Shown piece after piece: positions 1 through 7,343 of a stretch of DNA of 64,000 nt. A program made the position numbers and the translations under genes. Source of the DNA: an uncultured Clostridia bacterium (GTDB lineage Bacteria > Bacillota > Clostridia > Oscillospirales > Oscillospiraceae). Under the pieces are notes generated by a model. That model saw only the letters and a list, made by a program, of their open reading frames with translations. It did no database searches and had not been told where the DNA came from. The stretch is taken from NCBI GenBank assembly GCA_947170435.1, contig CAMVTO010000001.1:60780-124779 (forward strand). Direction: 5' to 3'. How positions within the stretch are numbered: position 1 is the first letter of the stretch; every line of letters starts with the position of its first letter.

Positions 1-1509
1 GAGGAGGAGGCCAAGGCCGCTCCCGCGCAGGCGAAGATCGTCGACGTCAAGGCCGGCAAGGGCAAGGGCGTCTACAAGTTCGGCATCGCCATCTCCCCGC
101 TGGACTGCATGGGCTGCGCGGTTTGCGTGGGCGTCTGCCCGACCGGTGCGCTCGCCATGGTCCCGCAGGAGCAGGAAGCCGCTCAGCAGGAAGTCTTCGA
201 CTACATGGTCGAGAAGGTCGCGCCCAAGGCCGACATGCAGGACAACACCGTCAAGGGCTCCCAGTTCCGCACCCCGCTGCTTGAGTTCTCCGGCTCCTGC
301 GCCGGCTGCGCTGAGACGAGCTATGCCCGCCTCATCACTCAGCTCTTCGGCGACCGCATGTACATCACCAACGCCACCGGCTGCTCGTCCATTTGGGGTG
401 GCCCGGGCGCCACGTCCCCGTACACCGTGGACAAGAACGGCCGCGGTCCCGCGTGGATCAACTCCCTGTTCGAGGACAACGCCGAGCACGGCCTCGGCCT
501 CTGGATGGGTCAGAACGCGATCCGCGAGGATCTCAAGGCCAAGACGGTGGAACTGATCGCTCAGCCCCAGACCGTTCCCGAGCTGAAGGAAGCCGCCCAG
601 AAGTGGCTCGACACCTATGAAAACGGCACCGAGAACGAGGCTGCTACCGCCGCCTACATCAAGGCGATGGAGGAGAACATCAGCGACATCGACGACACGA
701 TCGCCTTCATGAGCAGCGACAAGGCCAAGGAAGTCTGCGGCGCGGAGTATGCCGCCCAGGCGCTTGAGGCGAACAAGGCCGCCAAGGCTGCCGGCGCTGT
801 CCATTGCCAGTGCTCCGCCTGCAAGCTGGTCGAGCAGATCCTCGACAAGAAGAACTACCTCGTCAAGAAGTCCATCTGGATCTTCGGCGGCGACGGCTGG
901 GCGTACGACATCGGCTTCGGCGGCGTGGATCACGTCCTCGCCAGCAAGAAGAACGTCAACGTGTTTGTCTTCGATACCGAGGTCTACTCCAACACCGGCG
1001 GTCAGGCGTCCAAGGCCTCCAACATCGGCCAGGTCGCGCAGTTCGCGGCTGCCGGTAAGGAGGTCAAGAAGAAGAGCCTCGCCGAGATCGCGATGAGCTA
1101 CGGTTACGTCTATGTGGCGCAGATCGCCATGGGCGCGAACCCGGCCCAGACCATCAAGGCCATCACCGAGGCCGAGGCCTACGACGGCCCGTCCCTCATC
1201 ATCGGCTACAGCCCCTGCGAGATGCACAGCATCAAGGGCGGCATGACCAACTGCCAGAAGGAAATGAAGAAGGCCGTCGACTGCGGCTACTGGAACCTGT
1301 TCCGCTTCAATCCCGACGCCGAGCAGAAGTTCACCCTCGACTCCAAGGCGCCCGCGGGCGGTTATCAGGAGTTCCTGATGAACGAAGCCCGTTACAGCCG
1401 CCTCACCCGCGAGTTCCCCGAGCGCGCCACGACCCTGTTCGCGCGCAACGAGGAGGCCGCGAAGGAGCGCTACGAGCACCTGCTCAAGCTGGTGGAGATG
1501 TACAAGTAA
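1..1509 (+). CDS. nifJ: Pyruvate:ferredoxin (flavodoxin) oxidoreductase, C-terminal part (5' truncated by window)
   Basis: Open frame from base 1; DCMGCAVCVGVCP 4Fe-4S motif, EFSGSCAGCAET, NATGCSSIWG, GGDGWAYDIG TPP-binding motif, DTEVYSNTGGQ. Confidence 0.97.
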   Translation, partial: EEEAKAAPAQAKIVDVKAGKGKGVYKFGIAISPLDCMGCAVCVGVCPTGALAMVPQEQEAAQQEVFDYMVEKVAPKADMQDNTVKGSQFRTPLLEFSGSCAGCAETSYARLITQLFGDRMYITNATGCSSIWGGPGATSPYTVDKNGRGPAWINSLFEDNAEHGLGLWMGQNAIREDLKAKTVELIAQPQTVPELKEAAQKWLDTYENGTENEAATAAYIKAMEENISDIDDTIAFMSSDKAKEVCGAEYAAQALEANKAAKAAGAVHCQCSACKLVEQILDKKNYLVKKSIWIFGGDGWAYDIGFGGVDHVLASKKNVNVFVFDTEVYSNTGGQASKASNIGQVAQFAAAGKEVKKKSLAEIAMSYGYVYVAQIAMGANPAQTIKAITEAEAYDGPSLIIGYSPCEMHSIKGGMTNCQKEMKKAVDCGYWNLFRFNPDAEQKFTLDSKAPAGGYQEFLMNEARYSRLTREFPERATTLFARNEEAAKERYEHLLKLVEMYK

Positions 1510-1517
1510 ATCCATAC

Positions 1518-1559
1518 AGGCAAAAAGAAAGACGGCGCGAGCCGTCTTTCTTTTTGCCT
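1518..1559 (+). terminator. Intrinsic terminator after nifJ
   Basis: Perfect stem AGGCAAAAAGAAAGACGGC-GCGA-GCCGTCTTTCTTTTTGCCT. Confidence 0.9.
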
Positions 1560-1587
1560 TGCAAATGCAAGGGTTTGCCTATATACT
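1559..1587 (+). promoter_or_regulatory. SigA-type promoter of apbE (probably leaderless transcript)
   Basis: TTGCAA(1559-1564)-17 bp-TATACT(1582-1587); ATG at 1595 with no Shine-Dalgarno. Confidence 0.65.
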
Positions 1588-1594
1588 GTCAGTT

Positions 1595-2611
1595 ATGAAG
1601 AAGTATATATTTGCTTTGTTTTTGATCGCCTGCCTTGCCCTCGCCGGCTGCGGAAGACAGCCGGACGGTACGCCGCACCGGCGCACCGTGTTCGCCATGG
1701 ACACCGTGATGAACCTCACTGTCTACGGCGGGAACGGCGAAGCCGCGCTTTCCGCCGCGGAGCAGGAGTTGTACCGCCTTGACGCGCATTTGGCGCGGGG
1801 AACGGCGGGCAGCGTGGTGTACGCCCTCAACCACGATGGCACGGTCATCGACCGCGAGGCCGCCGCTCTGCTGCGCGCGAGCGGCTCCGTTGCCCAGGCG
1901 AGCGACGGCGCGTTCGATCCCACCGTGGCGGAGCTGCTGGATCTTTGGGGCTTTGGCAGCGGGGCGGGAGAGCATCGCGTCCCATTGCCGGAGGAAATCG
2001 CTGCGGCGCTCGCGCATGTCGGTGAAAAGTATGTGCATATCGATGGGGAACAGGTGATCCTGGATCTGCCCGCGCAAGTTGACCTCGGCGGCGTCGCCAA
2101 AGGCTGGGCAGGGGAGCGGATGTTCGCCTGTATGAAGGAAAATGGCATCACCGGCGCCGCGCTGGATCTCGGCGGCGACGTGGCGCTGTGGGGCGGCAAA
2201 TTGGACGGGCCGTGGCGCGTCGCCATCAAAGACCCGGCGGACGAGAGCGCATACCTCGGTGTGCTGGAGGCGGAAGGCGACCGGTTTATTATGACTTCTG
2301 GGGTTTACGAACGCTATTTTGAGGAAAACGGCGTGCGCTATCACCACATCCTCGACCCCAAGACGGGCTATCCCGCGGACAGCGATCTGCTGTCTGCTAC
2401 TGTGATTTGCAAGGACGGCATCTGGGCGGACGCGCTGGCGACAGCGTGCTGCGTGCTGGGCGCGGACGGTGCGCTGGAGCTGTGGAAAACGGCGGCGACA
2501 GAATGGGTGCCGTTTGACGCGATCCTCGTTACCGACGACGGGCGCGTGCTGTACACCTGCGATGGGTTTACGGCACAGGCGGAGGGGTATACCTATGAGC
2601 GGGTCGCCTAA
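1595..2611 (+). CDS. apbE: FAD:protein FMN transferase (ApbE family lipoprotein)
   Basis: Lipobox LAGC; FAMDT, GAFDPTV, DLGGVAKG, TSGVYERYF, YHHILDPKTGYP, ADALATA motifs. Confidence 0.93.
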   Translation: MKKYIFALFLIACLALAGCGRQPDGTPHRRTVFAMDTVMNLTVYGGNGEAALSAAEQELYRLDAHLARGTAGSVVYALNHDGTVIDREAAALLRASGSVAQASDGAFDPTVAELLDLWGFGSGAGEHRVPLPEEIAAALAHVGEKYVHIDGEQVILDLPAQVDLGGVAKGWAGERMFACMKENGITGAALDLGGDVALWGGKLDGPWRVAIKDPADESAYLGVLEAEGDRFIMTSGVYERYFEENGVRYHHILDPKTGYPADSDLLSATVICKDGIWADALATACCVLGADGALELWKTAATEWVPFDAILVTDDGRVLYTCDGFTAQAEGYTYERVA

Positions 2612-2981
2612 GCTGGTGCCAACCAAATACGACGCGCTGGTGGTGCTGATCGTGCTGGCACTTGCCGTCGCGCTGGGTGCGAGGTACTGGTTCGCGCCCG
2701 CGCGGGAGGCGGCGGAAATCATCGTTTCCATCGGCGGTGTCGAAGCGGAGCGGCTGACATTCGACGATTCCGAATACGATTACACCAACAACGGCTATAC
2801 CGTACATGTGACCGTGCGCGCGGGCAGCGTGCGGGTCGATCACGCGGACTGCCCGACGCAGGACTGTGTGCGCACCGGCGCAATTTCCCGACCGGGGCAG
2901 AGCATCGTGTGCCTGCCGGCGCGGATCATCCTTACCATTGAGGGTGCGGCGGCGCCCGACTACGACGCGATCGCGGGGTGA
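2595..2981 (+). CDS. NusG domain II-containing (DUF1312-like) membrane-anchored protein
   Basis: N-terminal TM helix; ADCPTQDCVRTGAISRPGQSIVCLP signature; GGAGGGG RBS. Confidence 0.85.
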   Translation: MSGSPKLVPTKYDALVVLIVLALAVALGARYWFAPAREAAEIIVSIGGVEAERLTFDDSEYDYTNNGYTVHVTVRAGSVRVDHADCPTQDCVRTGAISRPGQSIVCLPARIILTIEGAAAPDYDAIAG

Positions 2982-2985
2982 GCGG

Positions 2986-3486
2986 ATGAAGACGAAACAA
3001 CTCACCACCTGCGCGATATTGGCGGCGCTGGCGCTGGCGCTTTCGTATGTGGAGGGCATGTTCCCGCTGCCCGTGCCGCTGCCGGGATTCAAGCTGGGCC
3101 TTGCCAACATCGTGACGCTGTTCGCGCTCTATACGCTCGGCGCGCCGCCGGCGCTGGCGATCCTGCTGGTGCGGGTGCTGCTGGGCGCGATGTTCGCGGG
3201 CAACGCCTCGGCGCTGATCTATTCGCTGCTGGGCGGCTTTTGCGCGATGCTGGTGATGATCGGGCTTTCGCGCATTCATAAGCTCTCGGTTTATGGCGTA
3301 TCCGTCGGCGGCGCGGCAGCGCACAACGCGGGGCAAGTCGCGGCGGCGATGCTGACGCTGGGCAGCGCCACGCCGGCTGTATATTTGCCGGTTTTGCTGA
3401 TCGTGGCGGTGTTCAGCGGCGCACTGACAGGGTTTGTGTGCAGCCTGCTGCTGGGGCGGAGGCTTTTCCGCCTGTGGGCGAAGTGA
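2986..3486 (+). CDS. Gx transporter family / heptaprenyl diphosphate synthase component I-like membrane protein
   Basis: LPGFKLGLANIV and GAAAHNAGQ motifs; multi-TM; usual partner of the NusG-II gene. Confidence 0.85.
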   Translation: MKTKQLTTCAILAALALALSYVEGMFPLPVPLPGFKLGLANIVTLFALYTLGAPPALAILLVRVLLGAMFAGNASALIYSLLGGFCAMLVMIGLSRIHKLSVYGVSVGGAAAHNAGQVAAAMLTLGSATPAVYLPVLLIVAVFSGALTGFVCSLLLGRRLFRLWAK

Positions 3487-3574
3487 CTTTTTCGCTGCCG
3501 CAAAGGCGTTTTTTCTCTACGGAAGTTTGAAACCATTTCTCTTTTGGGTAAGACCAAAAGAGAAACGGTTTCAG
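3468..3574 (+). repeat. Dispersed palindromic repeat family 1, copy A
   Basis: CCGCCTGTGGGCGAAGTGACTTTTTCGC...GGAAGTTTGAAACC-A-TTTCTCTTTTGG-GTAAGA-CCAAAAGAGAAA-C-GGTTTCAG; similar to 20812-20921, 44666-44742 and 45567-45640. Confidence 0.85.
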
Positions 3575-3599
3575 GTTCGTTCCCCGAAAGGAGTTTACG

Positions 3600-4688
3600 A
3601 TGGACAAAAAAGACGAGATTATCCTCCAACAATTAGAGGTCATCCGCAGTATGTCGGAGAACAACCTCAAGCGCATGGGCACGGACTTCTGGGGCGCGCC
3701 CAAATCGAACGCGCCCGCCGCGCCCGCGTCAGGCGACGCCGCGGCAAAGGACGACAAAAAGACGCCCCCCACCGCCGCCAGCGGCGGCGAGGGCGGCGGG
3801 ACCAAGGAAGAGGAGCTGCCGCCGCCGGAGGACATCGCCGACCTCAAAGCGGAGCTGGACAGCTACATTGGGCTTGCCGATGTGAAGAAGGAGGTCAACA
3901 ACCTCATCAACATGGCGACGGTGTTCAAGCGCCGCCAGGAGGCGGGGCTGCCGACGACCGATTTCTCGCTGCACATGGTGTTCACGGGCAATCCCGGCAC
4001 CGGCAAGACCATGATCGCGCGGCTCATGGCGCGCATTTACCGCTCGCTGGGCATCCTGTCGAAGGGACAGCTCGTCGAGGTGGATCGCAGCGGGCTGGTC
4101 GCGGGCTACGTCGGCCAGACCGCCATCAAGACCCAGCAGCAGATCCAGAAGGCGCTCGGCGGCGTGCTGTTCATCGACGAAGCCTACGCCCTCAACGGCA
4201 AGAGCGACAACGACTTCGGACAGGAAGCCATCGACACGGTGCTTAAGGCGATGGAGGATCATCGCGACGACATTGTGGTGATCGTGGCGGGCTACGACGA
4301 GCTGATGGAGCGGTTCATCCACTCCAATCCGGGGCTGGAGTCCCGCTTCAACCGCTACCTGCACTTTGACGACTACTCCACCGACGAGATGGTGGAGATC
4401 TTCAAGCTCCAGTGCAAGAAGGGCAGCTATCAGCTCGCGGACGGCGTGGAGGACGAGGTGCGCGAGTTCATCGACGAGGCGAACGACGCCGGCGGCGTCA
4501 CATTCGGCAACGCCCGCGGCGTTCGCAACATCTTCGAGCAGATCCTCACTGAGCAGGCGAACCGCCTCGCCAAGCTGGACGAGTTCACAAAAGAGGACTT
4601 AATGACCATCACGGCGGAGGATGTGTTCCATGCCCGCGGTATGGACTACGACGCGCCGATGCCGGTGGCAGAGGAAGGGGCGCCGTAA
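3600..4688 (+). CDS. AAA+ ATPase, SpoVK/CbbX family
   Basis: HMVFTGNPGTGKT Walker A, GVLFIDEAY Walker B, LVAGYVGQTA, SNPGLESRF, FGNARGVRN. Confidence 0.9.
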   Translation: MDKKDEIILQQLEVIRSMSENNLKRMGTDFWGAPKSNAPAAPASGDAAAKDDKKTPPTAASGGEGGGTKEEELPPPEDIADLKAELDSYIGLADVKKEVNNLINMATVFKRRQEAGLPTTDFSLHMVFTGNPGTGKTMIARLMARIYRSLGILSKGQLVEVDRSGLVAGYVGQTAIKTQQQIQKALGGVLFIDEAYALNGKSDNDFGQEAIDTVLKAMEDHRDDIVVIVAGYDELMERFIHSNPGLESRFNRYLHFDDYSTDEMVEIFKLQCKKGSYQLADGVEDEVREFIDEANDAGGVTFGNARGVRNIFEQILTEQANRLAKLDEFTKEDLMTITAEDVFHARGMDYDAPMPVAEEGAP

Positions 4689-4751
4689 TCGAGGCAGCGC
4701 CCCGCTTGCCGCGACCGAACAGGGAAGCGGGAAGCGGCAGGCGCAACGGTG
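4689..4751 (+). repeat. Dispersed GC-rich repeat family 2, copy 1
   Basis: Near-identical to the reverse complement of 44831-44891. Confidence 0.85.
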
Positions 4752-4802
4752 TATTTACGACGCGCCGCTGAGCGTGGGAGAGGAACAATAATAAAACTCC
4801 GC

Positions 4803-4831
4803 TTGACAAAGCGGAGCGGAGCGGGTAATAT
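4803..4831 (+). promoter_or_regulatory. SigA-type promoter of antisense sRNA
   Basis: TTGACA(4803-4808)-17 bp-TAATAT(4826-4831); no ORF follows on this strand before a terminator. Confidence 0.75.
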
Positions 4832-4835
4832 AAAA

Positions 4836-4940
4836 GCAGAAGGGCGGCTGCGACAAGCGGCTTGGCCCAATCGCTAGTGGGTTAGTTGGTCATAAGACCA
4901 GACAACCGTCACCGTGCCGGGTGGCGGTTGTCCTTTTTTA
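4836..4940 (+). ncRNA. Putative antisense (antitoxin-like) sRNA of about 100 nt
   Basis: Lies between the promoter above and terminator GACAACCGTCACC-GTGCCG-GGTGGCGGTTGTC-CTTTTTT (4901-4938); overlaps the 3' end of the minus-strand peptide ORF. Confidence 0.65.
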
Positions 4941-4995
4941 TCCGCAACGAAAAAACATACCCGTGGATATGTAACGTCAGATAGAAAAAGTACAT
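4909..4995 (-). CDS. 28-aa peptide MYFFYLTLHIHGYVFSLRIKKDNRHPAR (type I toxin-like); absent from the ORF track
   Basis: Strong SD AGGAGGTG 5 nt before ATG; own promoter; hydrophobic/aromatic N-terminus and basic C-terminal tail. Confidence 0.7.
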   Translation of the reverse strand: MYFFYLTLHIHGYVFSLRIKKDNRHPAR

Positions 4996-5062
4996 GGCTC
5001 CACCTCCTTATCGAGGTGTAGCCAAACCGCCAACGCTTCGTCAGCGCCCTTCTGCAACATTT

Positions 5063-5091
5063 GTTATATAATAGTGAGGACAACCTGTCAA
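5063..5091 (-). promoter_or_regulatory. SigA-type promoter of peptide mRNA
   Basis: Minus strand TTGACA(5091-5086)-17 bp-TATAAC(5068-5063). Confidence 0.7.
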
Positions 5092-5157
5092 CAAAATAGG
5101 ACGGTTCAATCCTAATAAAAATAGGACATACAGTCATAATATCCATGAGGTGATATT

Positions 5158-5382
5158 GTGACGAAAATGCGGGAATTGCGAAAAGCACTCGGTTATACGC
5201 AGATCAAAATGCAATTTCTGACCGGGATTGACCAAAGCGCTTACTCAAAGCTGGAGCTGGGCAAGCGCAACATGAGCTTTGAGCAGTGCAGACAGATCGC
5301 GCTGGCGCTCAAGACCAGCATGGACTACCTTGCCGACCTGACGGACGACCCGAAGCCGTACCCGCGGAAAAAGCAGCCATGA
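5158..5382 (+). CDS. XRE-family helix-turn-helix regulator
   Basis: MRELRKALGYTQ...GIDQSAYSKLELGKR...TSMDYLADLTD; GAGGTG RBS before GTG. Confidence 0.88.
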   Translation: MTKMRELRKALGYTQIKMQFLTGIDQSAYSKLELGKRNMSFEQCRQIALALKTSMDYLADLTDDPKPYPRKKQP

Positions 5383-6032
5383 CCATCCAAACCACCCTCC
5401 TGGACCTGTTCTTTCCGCCGAAGTGCGCGGTTTGCGGCAAGATCGGCGTCCACGGTATCTGTGCCGCGTGTGAAAAAGCGCTGCCGCGGATGGACGAGAC
5501 CCTGCGCGAGGGCGCGGGGTTTGGCAAGTGCGCCGTGCCGCTGCGCTACGAGGGCACAGTGCGCACGGCGCTGCTGCGGCTCAAGTTCCACGGCGCGCAG
5601 GGCGTCGCGGACGCTTTCGGGGCGATCCTCGCCCAATGCGCGGCAGAGGAGCTGGGCGGCGCGTTCGATCTCGTGACCTGGGCGCCGGTGTCGGACAAGC
5701 GTCGGCGGCGGCGCGGCTACGATCAGGCGCAGCTGCTCGCGGAGGCTGCGGCAAAGGTCTGGGACACGACGCCGGTGCGGCTGCTGCGCAAAACGCGGGA
5801 CAACCCGCCGCAGTCCGGGCTGGGCGCGCTGGAGCGCCGGGGCAACGTCATCGGGGTGTACGAGGCGGTGAACGTGGAGCGCGTGCGAAACGCGCGTGTT
5901 TTGCTCATCGACGATATCATCACGACGGGTTCGACGCTTGCTGAGTGCGCGCGTGTGTTGAAGGACGCGGGCGCGGCAGACGCAGTATGCGCGTGCGTAG
6001 CGTCGGCAACGACGGAAACGCACAAAAACTGA
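5379..6032 (+). CDS. comF: ComF family protein (double zinc ribbon + phosphoribosyltransferase)
   Basis: LFFPPKCAVC, ICAAC, RGYDQA, VLLIDDIITTGSTL; ATGA overlap with the XRE stop codon. Confidence 0.9.
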   Translation: MTIQTTLLDLFFPPKCAVCGKIGVHGICAACEKALPRMDETLREGAGFGKCAVPLRYEGTVRTALLRLKFHGAQGVADAFGAILAQCAAEELGGAFDLVTWAPVSDKRRRRRGYDQAQLLAEAAAKVWDTTPVRLLRKTRDNPPQSGLGALERRGNVIGVYEAVNVERVRNARVLLIDDIITTGSTLAECARVLKDAGAADAVCACVASATTETHKN

Positions 6033-6171
6033 CAGTTTTTGGCGGAATTCTCTGGATACATAGAAGCACGGTTTAGCCACAAATACTATTGCAAACTGCG
6101 ATATGAGTCGTTATAATGGTAGCACTTGGTAAAATGCAAATACTATTGTATTGAGATAAGAGGTAAACAAA

Positions 6172-7197
6172 ATGGCACTGGGGAAAGATATCGGCATTGA
6201 CCTCGGAACCGCATCGGTTCTGATCTATGTAAAGGGCAAGGGCATCGTGCTCAACGAGCCGTCGGTCGTCGCCATTGACAAGAACACCGGCAAGCTGCTC
6301 AAGGTCGGCGCGGACGCGCAGGCCATGCTGGGCCGCACGCCGGGCAACATCATCGCCATCCGTCCGCTGCGCGAGGGCGTCATCTCCGACTACGAGGTGA
6401 CCGAGCGTATGCTCAAGGAGTTCATCCACAAGGTCGCGGGTTTCCAGTTCTTCAAGCCGCGCATCATCATCTGCGTGCCGTCGGGCATCACTGAGGTCGA
6501 GGAGCGCGCGGTCATCGACGCCGGCATCCAGGCGGGCGCGCGCCGCGTGTACCTGATCGAGGAGCCGGTCGCCGCCGCCATCGGCGCGGGCATCGACATC
6601 ACTCAGCCCGACGGCAACTTCGTCATCGACATCGGCGGCGGCACCACGGATATCGCGGTCATCTCGCTCTCCGGCGTGGTCGAGAGCGCGTCCATCAAGG
6701 TCGCGGGCGACCAGTTCAACGAAGCGGTGATCAAGTATATGCGCCGCACGCACAACCTGCTCATCGGTGAGCGCACGGCGGAAGAGATGAAGATGCAGAT
6801 TGGTTGCGTGTTCCCGCCGGAGGAGGAGACCAGCATGGAGGTCAAGGGCCGCAGCCTGCTGACGGGCCTGCCCCAGCTCGTGACCGTCACCTCCACGGAG
6901 ATGATGGACGCCTTTGAGGAGCCGGTGGAGCGCATCATGGAGGCCGTGCATCAGGTGCTCGAGCGCACGCCGCCCGAGCTGGTGGCGGATATCTCCACCA
7001 ACGGCATCGTGATGACCGGCGGCGGCAGCCTCGTCAAGGGCTTTGACAAGCTTGTTACCGCCCGCACAGGCATTCCCACCGTGGTGGCGGATAACGCCAT
7101 CCAGTGCGTCGCCGAGGGTACGGGCAAGAGCCTCGAGAGCGTCGGCGATATGCAGGACGGCACGATGAACCTCAGCCGCAGAAAGCAGATCAACTGA
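6172..7197 (+). CDS. mreB: Rod shape-determining actin-like protein MreB/Mbl
   Basis: IGIDLGTA, NEPSVVAI, IRPLREGVI, DIGGGTT, GIVMTGGG; upstream TTGCAA-17-TATAAT (6089-6117). Confidence 0.93.
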   Translation: MALGKDIGIDLGTASVLIYVKGKGIVLNEPSVVAIDKNTGKLLKVGADAQAMLGRTPGNIIAIRPLREGVISDYEVTERMLKEFIHKVAGFQFFKPRIIICVPSGITEVEERAVIDAGIQAGARRVYLIEEPVAAAIGAGIDITQPDGNFVIDIGGGTTDIAVISLSGVVESASIKVAGDQFNEAVIKYMRRTHNLLIGERTAEEMKMQIGCVFPPEEETSMEVKGRSLLTGLPQLVTVTSTEMMDAFEEPVERIMEAVHQVLERTPPELVADISTNGIVMTGGGSLVKGFDKLVTARTGIPTVVADNAIQCVAEGTGKSLESVGDMQDGTMNLSRRKQIN

Positions 7198-7204
7198 ATC
7201 GAAC

Positions 7205-7236
7205 GAAATCCCGCCGAAAGGCGGGATTTCTTGTTT
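7205..7236 (+). terminator. Intrinsic terminator after mreB
   Basis: GAAATCCCGCC-GAAA-GGCGGGATTTC followed by TTGTTT. Confidence 0.88.
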
Positions 7237-7269
7237 CTGCCGTTCATAAATCGTTTACACAGGAAGGTA

Positions 7270-7329
7270 TTGACATTGTTTGGTACGAGTGCTACACTGC
7301 GTTTAGCACTCGAAAGAAAAGAGTGCTAA
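7270..7329 (+). promoter_or_regulatory. hrcA operon promoter and CIRCE operator
   Basis: TTGACA(7270)-17-TACACT(7293); perfect CIRCE TTAGCACTC-N9-GAGTGCTAA at 7303-7329. Confidence 0.97.
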
Positions 7330-7343
7330 AAGGATAGACGACG

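Noticed and set aside
4874-5188. 104-aa minus-strand ORF from the track
   Set aside because: No SD; spans the promoter; the SD-supported 28-aa ORF in another frame explains the region better
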